In this document: in pieces, positions 19,744 through 27,964 of the stretch
How positions within the stretch are numbered: the stretch's first letter is position 1
Layout of the letters: every line of letters starts with the position of its first letter
Made by a program: the position numbers and the translations under genes
The notes under the pieces: model-generated
What the model was told of the DNA's origin: nothing
Database searches by the model: none
What the model saw: the letters and a program-made list of their open reading frames with translations, nothing else
Assembly (NCBI GenBank): GCA_038245795.1
Contig: JBBRSC010000001.1
Coordinates: 1-38,060, forward strand
Origin: Acidimicrobiales bacterium
GTDB lineage: Bacteria > Actinomycetota > Acidimicrobiia > Acidimicrobiales > Microtrichaceae
Reading direction: 5' to 3'
Length of the DNA: 38,060 nt

Positions 19744-20758
19744 AGCGCTGCACAGCGTCGAGCCGATCACCGATGTGGCCAGTGGAGTCGGCCGCGATTT
19801 GGGTTCGCCCACCGACGAGCTTGTTCATGAGGTGATCCAGCGCACGCACCGGCTCGTAGCGGGCCGGATTGTCGCCGGAGCAACAGGTCGGAAGACACTC
19901 CACACGAGCATCCCAGTTGCCGTCGTGGAAAAACGCGTAGGACCGCCGCAACGCGGGCCCGACGATTGCGTCCGGCGGCGGGACCACTCGGTGCACCGTC
20001 GATCGCCAGCGGTCGTTCGTCCACTGCGCCATCAGGTCCCCGATGTTGACCACATAGGCGCCGGGTTCAGGCACCACATCTACCCAGTCATGATCGGGAC
20101 CGATGATCTGCAATCCCGGGACCGAATCCGCTAACAGCACGGTGATGATCCCGTAGTCGGTATGCGCACCCATACGCTGTTGACCCGGTTCCGGCGCCGG
20201 CGCGCCCTCGGCCCGGCGATACCAGTTACAACGCAGCGTGTCGGTCGAATGAGTGGTGAAAGACTCGAAGAAGTCAGCGTCGAGTCCCAATCCGACGGCG
20301 CACAACGCCGTGAGTCGGTGCGCCAACGCTGTCACTTCGGCGAAGTACGTCATGCCGTCGCGGCGGAGTTCGGGGCACTCGGTGGGCCACACGTTGTCCG
20401 CAAAGATCCGGTGTCGCTCGGCGACGATGGCCGGGTCGGTTTCATCGAAGTCTTCCGGGCCGAAATTGAAGGCCTCGAAGAGATCAGGCGGAGCTTCCAC
20501 GCCCAACGAGTACGCCAACGATTCGGCGCCGATGGCTGAATACCCGTTGTTCACATCGGGCGACGGGGGTGGGTAGGACAGCTTCGTTGCCAGCGGTAAG
20601 CCGAAGAAGGCATCGACGGCCACCCGAAGTGCGACGATCACGTCGGCGTCGACGCCATGGTTGACCACTTGAAAGAAGCCGAGGCTCGAGGCTGCGGCAT
20701 CGATCTGCACGGGCGCGCCCGCATCTGCGAGATCGATGACGGGAACCGTGAATGCCAC
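19742..20758 (-). CDS. 2OG-Fe(II) oxygenase, isopenicillin-N-synthase-like
   Basis: N-terminal DIOX_N-like VPVIDL...GFFQVVNHGV. Facial triad HTD (RMGAHTDYG) plus WRSTVHRVV, and RRSYAFF (R-x-S). GTG 20758 lies 4 nt after the upstream stop. Alternative ATGs at 20788 and 20794 overlap the upstream gene. Confidence 0.75.
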   Translation of the reverse strand: MAFTVPVIDLADAGAPVQIDAAASSLGFFQVVNHGVDADVIVALRVAVDAFFGLPLATKLSYPPPSPDVNNGYSAIGAESLAYSLGVEAPPDLFEAFNFGPEDFDETDPAIVAERHRIFADNVWPTECPELRRDGMTYFAEVTALAHRLTALCAVGLGLDADFFESFTTHSTDTLRCNWYRRAEGAPAPEPGQQRMGAHTDYGIITVLLADSVPGLQIIGPDHDWVDVVPEPGAYVVNIGDLMAQWTNDRWRSTVHRVVPPPDAIVGPALRRSYAFFHDGNWDARVECLPTCCSGDNPARYEPVRALDHLMNKLVGGRTQIAADSTGHIGDRLDAVQR

Positions 20759-20762
20759 AGCG

Positions 20763-21470
20763 CTATCCCAACATCGGCGACGCGTCATCAACATCTGCGA
20801 TGCCGAGTCGCGCCATCCGCCGGTTGTAGGCCACACGCCCGGCCTGTTCGAGTTCGAACGTCCGATCGACCCGTGCCAGAACGGCCGCCCGATCATCGGC
20901 GGTGACGCAGTAACGTTTGATGAGGCGACGGCCCAACTTCATGTGGAACTGCTCGTCGGGGATGATCCGGTCGAAGGCCTTCTGGACATCCTCCGGCAGA
21001 CGCGGTCGGATCTGGACAAAGGCCTGACACGCGCCGAGCTCGCCGGTCAGGTTGTGCGCTGCGACGCGCTCGATGGTGGTGTCGCCGCTTGGGTACCACT
21101 CATCGATCCACTCCTCCCACTCCGGTTCGGGCGTCCAGTTGTCGAGCGATGTCACGCCGCGACGAGCCAACGCTCGCATGCAGTACTCGTAGTGCAACGC
21201 CTCGTCCTCGACCTGCTGAGCAAGCAGCACGAGCGCGTCGGGTTCCGGAGTCTTGACCAGCCAACCACCGATGAACTGACATGCACGCAGCTCGTAGTAC
21301 GCCTGGAACGACAACCACTCCACGAGTTCGTGCTCCGAGAACGGCCGGTTGAAGAAGTTGGCAGCCTCGGGATCTTCGATGGCGGCGCGTCGGGCCTCGA
21401 TGTGATCGATCAACTCAGACCAGTAGTCGGGCCCGTCCGGTTCGATGAGCTCGGTATCGAGGAGAGTCAT
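20763..21470 (-). CDS. Ferritin-like diiron-carboxylate protein (putative oxygenase/oxidase)
   Basis: 235 aa from ATG 21470, which forms an ATGA overlap. The ligand pattern is duplicated: E60...E90-A-L-H93 and E144...E173-Q-F-H176, with 30- and 29-residue spacing. This is the canonical E-X(29-30)-E-X-X-H x2 four-helix-bundle signature. Confidence 0.65.
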   Translation of the reverse strand: MTLLDTELIEPDGPDYWSELIDHIEARRAAIEDPEAANFFNRPFSEHELVEWLSFQAYYELRACQFIGGWLVKTPEPDALVLLAQQVEDEALHYEYCMRALARRGVTSLDNWTPEPEWEEWIDEWYPSGDTTIERVAAHNLTGELGACQAFVQIRPRLPEDVQKAFDRIIPDEQFHMKLGRRLIKRYCVTADDRAAVLARVDRTFELEQAGRVAYNRRMARLGIADVDDASPMLG

Positions 21471-22312
21471 GGGGTTCCGATCTGTTGGTCGATCGGGCCG
21501 AACCCGATCGCTGAAGTATCCGACGTGACATAGCTCGTGTCGGGTCGGGCGGCATCCGTCGTCCATCCCCAGATGCGCCACAGATGTCGGGCGGTGTCCT
21601 CGTAGGGATCACGGCCGTGAAACAGGCGCGAGTTGTCACCGATGAGGATCTCGCCAGCGAACAGATGGAATCGGGGCAGGCGCGCTTCGAGATCAACCAG
21701 CCGTTCCGCGAACCTGCCGACCATCACACGGGTGTGCTCCGGATCAGCATCGTCGGGCAGCGGTTCGTTGCGAATGGATCGCACCCACACGTTGCGTCCG
21801 GTCTCGATCACTGAGCAGATCGGCCCCATCGAGATGACCTTGCCAGGTTCCGTGCGATCGAGCGGAACGGTCACGAGAAAATCAGCAAGTTCTCGATCGG
21901 CATCGTCACCGTCGGAGAGACCCGCCAGCCAACGATCCATGTCCACGAGGAACGAGTCGCCACCGGGAACATCGCGCACGCATCCCAGGGCCAGGACATC
22001 AGGTGCTCCTTCAGCCAGGGCGAAGCCATCGGAATGCAGCGGCGTCCGCAGGAGGTGACCCTCGGCATCGAGGTCGGGGCGATCTTTCCCACCAGCGGCA
22101 CGCACTTCGACGGCGTCGCCGATGTGAACGAGGCGATCAGCGAACACGGCGGTGAGGACACCGACGATGCCGGGTGCGGTGTCACCGTCGCCGATCCACA
22201 CGACAGCGCCCTCGCGCTCGACGAGTCTCCTCGCCGCCGCCGGATCATCAGTTCGTTCCGGTACGACCCCGACACCGGTCGGGTCCAGGAATCCCGTCGA
22301 TCGAACACTCAT
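21467..22312 (-). CDS. TauD/TfdA-family Fe(II)/2OG dioxygenase-like protein
   Basis: ATG 22312 forms an ATGA overlap with the upstream amidohydrolase stop. PLHSDG (H-x-D), distal His in GDNSRLFHGRDPY, and a downstream Arg (ARHLWR). Confidence 0.65.
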   Translation of the reverse strand: MSVRSTGFLDPTGVGVVPERTDDPAAARRLVEREGAVVWIGDGDTAPGIVGVLTAVFADRLVHIGDAVEVRAAGGKDRPDLDAEGHLLRTPLHSDGFALAEGAPDVLALGCVRDVPGGDSFLVDMDRWLAGLSDGDDADRELADFLVTVPLDRTEPGKVISMGPICSVIETGRNVWVRSIRNEPLPDDADPEHTRVMVGRFAERLVDLEARLPRFHLFAGEILIGDNSRLFHGRDPYEDTARHLWRIWGWTTDAARPDTSYVTSDTSAIGFGPIDQQIGTP

Positions 22313-23694
22313 GCGCGCTCCTCGAGGACGGCCGTACGCCGCTCGAACAATTCTTCCGCAGCCGCCTGACCGTTGGTCATCACGGACGATTCGTCGACCG
22401 ACAACACGCGTCCACCTTCGACCAGGAGCCGTCCGTCGACCCATACTGACGCCACGTCGGATCCGGACGCGGTGAACACCAGATGCGCCGCGATGTTCTG
22501 ATCATGATCGAGAAACGTCGGGACGAACTGGACCTTGCGAAGATCGACCATCACAACGTCGGCCTGCTTCCCTGCCTCCAGCGAGCCCGTTACTTCATCG
22601 AGGCCGAGCGCTGCGGCCCCCTCGATCGTCGCCATGGTGAGGACATCCCACGGATCGCCAAGGGTGGCATCAAGTGTCGAGACTTTCTGGAGCAGCGACG
22701 CAAACTTCATCTCCTCGAAGAGGTCGAGATTGTTGTTCTCCTTCTCGCCGTCGCTCCCCAACCCCAACGAGATTCCGGCGGCCCGCATGTCCCGGACGCG
22801 AGCCGGACCGGAGGCGAGCTTCATGTTGGAGCACGGGCAATGCACCGCCGACGTGCCGGTCTGGGCCATGAGCTCGATCTCCCGATCATCGAGCCAGACG
22901 CAGTGCGCCACCACGGTGCGGTCCGACAGGATCCCTCGGTTGAAGAACTCCTCGATCGGGCGGCGACCGAATCGCTTCAACGATTCCTGGACTTCCCAGA
23001 TCGACTCGGAGCTGTGCGTATGGAGCCCGGTGTCGTACTCCTCAGCGAGCGCCATGGCGTCTCGGAAACACTTCGGCGTGCAATACAGCAGGTGCTCCAA
23101 CCCCACCCAGGTTCGGACTCGACCATTCGAAGCGGTCCGGTGCGACTTCAGGAGCGCAAGGTTCGAGTCAAGCGTTTCGAAGTAGTCGTACCCCTCCTCA
23201 TCAGCAACGTACGGGACCAGCGTGGCGCGGATCCCGACGGCCTCGGCGGCTGCGGCCGACCCCTCCATGAAGCGCCACATGTCCATCACCGACGTGTTTC
23301 CGAAACGCAGATTCTCTGTATAGGCAACCATGCTGGCGGCCGCCGCGATCTCCGGCGTCATCGCACGATGCGCAGGATCGACATAGGCCTCGAGCCAGTC
23401 GAACAGCGCCATGGACTCGGCCGTGCCGCGCAGCAATCCGGAATGCATGTGGCAGTTGTGCAGGCCCGGGAGCACGGCGTGGCCCGTGGCGTCGACAACG
23501 TCTGCCCCGACAGCGAGCGGGTGCGCGTCGATCTCCTCGACGGTCCCGACAGCGACAATTCGCTCGCCCAGGATCAGAACTGATCCACAAGGAATCAGCC
23601 GATTCCGTTGCGACGAGCCGCCAGCCATTGCAAGCACGGCACCCCCCCGGATCAGGAGCGCGGCGGTGTCAATGGCGGCTGCTTCAGACTGCAC
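22309..23694 (-). CDS. Amidohydrolase-superfamily deaminase/chlorohydrolase (MtaD/TRZ-ATZ-like)
   Basis: GTG 23694. LPGLHNCHMHSGLLRG, LHTHSSESIWE, VAHCVWL and LGSDGEKENNNLDLFEEMK. Confidence 0.75.
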   Translation of the reverse strand: MQSEAAAIDTAALLIRGGAVLAMAGGSSQRNRLIPCGSVLILGERIVAVGTVEEIDAHPLAVGADVVDATGHAVLPGLHNCHMHSGLLRGTAESMALFDWLEAYVDPAHRAMTPEIAAAASMVAYTENLRFGNTSVMDMWRFMEGSAAAAEAVGIRATLVPYVADEEGYDYFETLDSNLALLKSHRTASNGRVRTWVGLEHLLYCTPKCFRDAMALAEEYDTGLHTHSSESIWEVQESLKRFGRRPIEEFFNRGILSDRTVVAHCVWLDDREIELMAQTGTSAVHCPCSNMKLASGPARVRDMRAAGISLGLGSDGEKENNNLDLFEEMKFASLLQKVSTLDATLGDPWDVLTMATIEGAAALGLDEVTGSLEAGKQADVVMVDLRKVQFVPTFLDHDQNIAAHLVFTASGSDVASVWVDGRLLVEGGRVLSVDESSVMTNGQAAAEELFERRTAVLEERA

Positions 23695-23700
23695 CGCTCC

Positions 23701-23741
23701 AATCTCGTGGCCACCGGCGTCCGCGTCAACAGTTTGTCAAC
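23701..23741 (-). promoter_or_regulatory. Divergent promoter core with motif copy D
   Basis: The minus strand reads GTTGACAAACTGTTGACG-N17-GAGATT-N6-GTG(23694). The plus strand reads GTCAACAGTTTGTCAAC (23725-23741), a direct GTCAAC repeat at 11-bp phase. Confidence 0.4.
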
Positions 23742-23841
23742 GCGCTTCACACAGGGTTCACGAACCGCACAGCGCCACACTCGTCCTTTGTGTGCCGGAA
23801 CTCACCCGTGATCCGGCCGCCAAGTGAGGGAATATGGAGCA

Positions 23842-26800
23842 ATGGCACCGAAACTCGGGATCGTGATGACGCGCCGCGTCCGGGGGCTCGGAATTGCCGC
23901 GTTCGCAACGCTGTCCGTCGGGGCCACTGGTTCCGCCATTGCCATCCGACTCGGTGGCTCCGTGGTCGATCTGCTCCTTGACGGCCGCGACGCCGTTGCC
24001 CTGGCCGTGATCACCACGTTGCTGGCTGTCTCAGCACCGCTCTTCAACACCGTGTCCATGCTGTTCACCACCCAGCTTGCGACCAGCGTCGCCGTGGGCT
24101 TGCGCCAACGACTCGTGACCCATGCGTTGGCTCTGCCGACGTCGTTCTTCACCGATCGCAGCGTCGGCGAGATCACCAACCGCATCTCCACCGACGTCGA
24201 CACCGTCGCCGATGGCATGGTGGAGCAGGGCCAATCCGTGCTGTGGGGCCTCATTGGTGGTGTTGTGGCATGGATCGTTGCGTGGACCGTGAACCCCTGG
24301 CTGGCGGTGGCATTCCTGCCGGTGTGCGCGTTGCTGGCCGTCGTTGCGGCCCGCCTGGGACGACCAGCCGCCGAGGCGTCAGAGGAGATGGAGCAGCTCT
24401 GGTCCGAAGCAGCCGGCACGGCTGAGGAAGCGTTCGACGGGCGATCTGATCTCCGTCAGACGCTCGGCCGGGGGCTCATCATGCGCCGATGGGCGGAACA
24501 CACTGCGGCCTTGTGGGCCCAGGGAAGCATCAATATCGCCAGTCGCCGACGGTTGTCGGTATCCACCGTGACGATTCTTCGCGGCTTCCAGTTCGGCGTG
24601 GTGGTGGTGGGTTCAGTTGCAGCAATCAATGGACGGGTGACGGCTGGGTCGGTCTGGGTTGCGTTCGGTTTGGTTCGCATGTTCTCCAGCCGCATCGAGG
24701 ACGTCATCTCGAACCTGCCCCGACTCTCGGAGCTCGTTGCAGCCATCGTTCGAGTCCGCGATCTCCTGGATGAGGACCCCGAGCCGGACACCACGGTGAC
24801 CGCGCAACCCAACGAGGTCCGCTGGGCCGGACCCGTCGATCTCTGCTTCAACGGGGTCACATTCAGCTATCCCGACGACCCGACGGCCGTGCTGCACGAG
24901 GTGAAGCTTGATGTCCCTGGCGGCACGACCGCTGCGGTCGTCGGACGGACTGGATCCGGAAAATCGACGCTCGCCCGACTGGTCTCGCGCACGGCCCTCC
25001 CCGAACCCGGAACGGTCTTTCTCGACGGCGTCGATGTGTGCGCCATCCCCGTTCACGAACTCCGTCGCCACGTGAGCGTGATCACCCAACGAGTCGAGCT
25101 GATCCGCGCCACGGTGCGTGACAACGTGTCGTTGTTCGATCCGTCCATCGACGATCGCCAGGTCATCGCCGCGTTCGAAGAACTCGGCCTCGGACCGTGG
25201 ATCGACTCGCTCCCTGCGGGTATCGACACCGTCATTGCAGGGGATGGTGCCGGCGACCATGACGACATCGCCTTGTCGCAGGGCGAAGCGCAACTGGTGT
25301 CGTTCGCCCGGCTCCTGGTGCGCAATCCGTCGGTGGTGATCTTGGATGAGGCGACCGCGAAACTGGATCCCGCCACCGAGGAACTGGCACGCAACGCCAC
25401 CACTCGGATGCTTCGGGGTCGCACCGCCATCGTGATTGCGCACCGGTTGGTGACCATCGCGGACGCCGACCTGATCGTCGTCATGGACCATGGCGTGGTC
25501 GCCGAATCGGGGACGGCTGCGTCGTTGCTGGAACAGCCGGTTTCGATGTTCAGAGTGCTCGTCGAGGCCGCCGGCGGGGACGGCGCCCTGATCACACGCT
25601 CGCAACGCGAACCCTCAACCGCGCCGGCAGGCTCTGGCTCGATTCGCCGAACCAACACCTCACGCGATCGACGCGCTCCAGCTCTCACTCTCGACGAGGG
25701 TGCCGACAGCGTCATTGCAGACGTCGAGCTCGGGTCAGCGGAAGCCGACGATCCTCGGCCAGCGGACGTCCATCGCACGACCTTCCCGTTGGTCTCGACC
25801 ACGCTGGGGCTCCTGCGGCGACATCGACGGTGGAGCGCTCCGGGGCTCACCGGCTGGTACCTGTGGTTTCTCTCTCCAGCCATCGCCGCCTGGACATGGC
25901 AGCACCTTCTCGAGGAGCTCCAACCCGGCGGTTCGATCGTCGTGCCGCTCGTCGTCCTGGGCGCGTCCGTCGTCATCGCGACCATCGGGCTGTGCCTCGG
26001 CCACACGTACTTCTCAAGATGGTGGCTCCTCACTGAAACCACGATGCGGTCGAACCTCATCGCCGCACAACTCCATCCGACCGACCGTTCGACGGGTCGC
26101 GATCGAGTGGCCGCCGGCGACGCAGTGTCTCGTCTGTGGGACGCCGACAGTGTCATCGTCTACACCGATCGCTTCGTCGATGTTTTCGGGTCGATGCTCT
26201 TTATCGCTGCCGCGACCGCTGTCAGCGACACGTGGTCGACACTCGGATGGTTGCTCCTGCCGATGGTCGTCCCAGCGTCGCTGGCATGGGCGATGCGACG
26301 ACCGATCAGTTCCGTTGCCATCGAGCACGCCGTGGTCAAGGGCATCTGGACCGGTCGGGTTGCGCAGGTCTGTGCGGCCGCGACGACCATCAAGGGGTTC
26401 GCTGCTGAGTCAGCAGTCGCCGATCACATCGCCGAGTTGACGGAACGCCGCCAGGTCTTGGCGCAACGTCAGCGCGGCCAATCATCGATCCTTCGGGGAT
26501 CGGTACTGTTCACCGCGGCGGCGGGACAACAACTGATCCTGTTGGTGGCGGCGATCGCCGTACGCAATGGCGAATGGACAACGGCATCGGTGGTCGTCGC
26601 GATTGCGGTGTCCGAGGCCATCAGCAACATGCCGTTGCCGGGCTTCGTGGCCGTGGCACTGGTCCAAGAAGCACCAGCCGTCCGAGCCAAGTTGAATCGG
26701 ATGGCGCAACTGGTTCCTCTCGGCGTCGATTTTGACCTCTCAGCACCCCCCGTCGACTTTGTGCTGCCACCGGATCGACCACAGCGCGTTCCCACACCGC

Positions 26801-27489
26801 GGCCCCAACGCTCGACACTCGATTCGTTGGAGTTGGACGATGTCGGCGTGACCTTCGACGACGGCACACCAGCTCTCTGCGGGATCACGCTGTCAGTCCG
26901 TCGCGGCGAGCTCATGGTGGTGACTGGTCCGGTCGGATCCGGTAAGACCACATTGCTCCGGGTGCTAGCGGGTCTGATTCCCATCGATCACGGCGAGATC
27001 CGTTGGAACGGCGAAGTGATCGATGATCCGTCGTTGTTCCTTCGTCCACCGAACTGCGCGTACGTATCGCAGACACCGCGTCTCGTTTCCGGCAGCGTCC
27101 AAGAGAATGTGTCGCTCGACCACGAACTCGATGTCGAGGCGGCGCTCGCACTCGCGGAGTTGACCGACGAGGTCGCTGGCTGGGGCGGCGGATCCGCTGT
27201 CGTCGGCCATCGAGGCATGCGTCTGTCAGGCGGGCAGGCACAGCGATTGGCGACGGCTCGGGCGTTGGCGACCAACTCCGAGCTGCTGGTCCTCGACGAT
27301 CTCAGCAGCGCGCTCGACCCGGTGACAGAACGGCAGGTGTGGGCCTCGCTCCGAGCGGCGGGTCACACGGTCATCGCCGCGTCGCACCAACCCGCCGCGT
27401 TCGCAGCGGCAGATCGAATTCTGTATCTCGACGGCGGCGAGCTCAGAGCGCTCGACGACTCACCCGACCGACAGACACATCAAGTCTGA
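23842..27489 (+). CDS. Fused full-length ABC exporter (TMD-NBD-TMD-NBD) with asymmetric NBDs
   Basis: NBD1 has GRTGSGKST, LSQGEAQ, VILDEATAKLD and IAHRL. NBD2 has GPVGSGKTT, LSGGQAQ, LVLDDLSSALD and ASHQ. Two six-helix-type hydrophobic blocks are present. ATG 23842 follows GAGGGA by about 10 nt; an alternative GTG is at 23824. Confidence 0.85.
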   Translation: MAPKLGIVMTRRVRGLGIAAFATLSVGATGSAIAIRLGGSVVDLLLDGRDAVALAVITTLLAVSAPLFNTVSMLFTTQLATSVAVGLRQRLVTHALALPTSFFTDRSVGEITNRISTDVDTVADGMVEQGQSVLWGLIGGVVAWIVAWTVNPWLAVAFLPVCALLAVVAARLGRPAAEASEEMEQLWSEAAGTAEEAFDGRSDLRQTLGRGLIMRRWAEHTAALWAQGSINIASRRRLSVSTVTILRGFQFGVVVVGSVAAINGRVTAGSVWVAFGLVRMFSSRIEDVISNLPRLSELVAAIVRVRDLLDEDPEPDTTVTAQPNEVRWAGPVDLCFNGVTFSYPDDPTAVLHEVKLDVPGGTTAAVVGRTGSGKSTLARLVSRTALPEPGTVFLDGVDVCAIPVHELRRHVSVITQRVELIRATVRDNVSLFDPSIDDRQVIAAFEELGLGPWIDSLPAGIDTVIAGDGAGDHDDIALSQGEAQLVSFARLLVRNPSVVILDEATAKLDPATEELARNATTRMLRGRTAIVIAHRLVTIADADLIVVMDHGVVAESGTAASLLEQPVSMFRVLVEAAGGDGALITRSQREPSTAPAGSGSIRRTNTSRDRRAPALTLDEGADSVIADVELGSAEADDPRPADVHRTTFPLVSTTLGLLRRHRRWSAPGLTGWYLWFLSPAIAAWTWQHLLEELQPGGSIVVPLVVLGASVVIATIGLCLGHTYFSRWWLLTETTMRSNLIAAQLHPTDRSTGRDRVAAGDAVSRLWDADSVIVYTDRFVDVFGSMLFIAAATAVSDTWSTLGWLLLPMVVPASLAWAMRRPISSVAIEHAVVKGIWTGRVAQVCAAATTIKGFAAESAVADHIAELTERRQVLAQRQRGQSSILRGSVLFTAAAGQQLILLVAAIAVRNGEWTTASVVVAIAVSEAISNMPLPGFVAVALVQEAPAVRAKLNRMAQLVPLGVDFDLSAPPVDFVLPPDRPQRVPTPRPQRSTLDSLELDDVGVTFDDGTPALCGITLSVRRGELMVVTGPVGSGKTTLLRVLAGLIPIDHGEIRWNGEVIDDPSLFLRPPNCAYVSQTPRLVSGSVQENVSLDHELDVEAALALAELTDEVAGWGGGSAVVGHRGMRLSGGQAQRLATARALATNSELLVLDDLSSALDPVTERQVWASLRAAGHTVIAASHQPAAFAAADRILYLDGGELRALDDSPDRQTHQV

Positions 27490-27497
27490 CCTGACCC

Positions 27498-27520
27498 GCA
27501 TCGGGGGCCTGCACCGATGC
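27498..27520 (+). terminator. Weak hairpin after the ABC exporter stop
   Basis: GCATCGG-N9-CCGATGC, 9 nt after TGA 27487-27489. Confidence 0.3.
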
Positions 27521-27573
27521 CAACGAGCGTCGCTCAGCCAACATCCGGCAGGGTCGAACTCCGGCCACATCTC

Positions 27574-27624
27574 CGAACTGCGCGTGGATGCGCACCCATA
27601 CGGTGCGTATCCACGCGCAGTTCG
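27574..27624. terminator. Long near-perfect inverted repeat between convergent operons (intrinsic terminator candidate for the dab operon)
   Basis: The 5' arm 27574-27595 pairs with the 3' arm 27603-27624. This gives 22 bp with one G.T position and a 7-nt loop CCATACG. It lies 2 nt from the P-II-like stop (27626). No T-tract on either side. Confidence 0.6.
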
Positions 27625-27625
27625 A

Positions 27626-27964
27626 TCAGGCGTCGGCGGGTGGTGCGAAGTAGCTCGGCCGACTGACCCACGAATCGGAGACGAACATCACCCCGGGTCG
27701 TCGGACGAACAGCTCGCTCAGCGCCGCGATCACCCCGTCGGCCTGCTCGTCGGGGGTCACCGCAAAGAGCATGGTGAGTCCGTCGACATCGTTGAACAAC
27801 ATGCGTCCTTCGTGCCAGCCGTTGTGGCCCAGACCGGACACGTTCGCCAAAACGGTCAGACCCGTGACCCCTGCCGCCGTGAACAGGTCGCGGACCAGAG
27901 CGAGATCGTCGCCCCCGACCACCACGTCGATCCGGGTCATCTTGGTGAGGGAACTCCGCTTCAT
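27626..27964 (-). CDS. P-II-like (GlnB-fold) small signalling protein
   Basis: 112 aa from ATG 27964, which forms an ATGA overlap with the dabA stop. The beta-alpha-beta pattern RIDVVVGGDDLALVRDLFTAAGVTGLTVLANVSGLG...MLFAVTPDEQADGVIAALSE resembles GlnB/SbtB-type proteins. Confidence 0.6.
   Translation of the reverse strand: MKRSSLTKMTRIDVVVGGDDLALVRDLFTAAGVTGLTVLANVSGLGHNGWHEGRMLFNDVDGLTMLFAVTPDEQADGVIAALSELFVRRPGVMFVSDSWVSRPSYFAPPADA

Noticed and set aside
5946-23762. Heptamer GTTCACG in several intergenic regions (5946, 7248, 12300 minus strand, 23756), reminiscent of PHO-box-like units
   Set aside because: The same heptamer also occurs repeatedly inside coding regions (near 7432, 10023, 13311, 25050, 30491 and 36443). 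Its intergenic occurrence is therefore not distinctive on its own.
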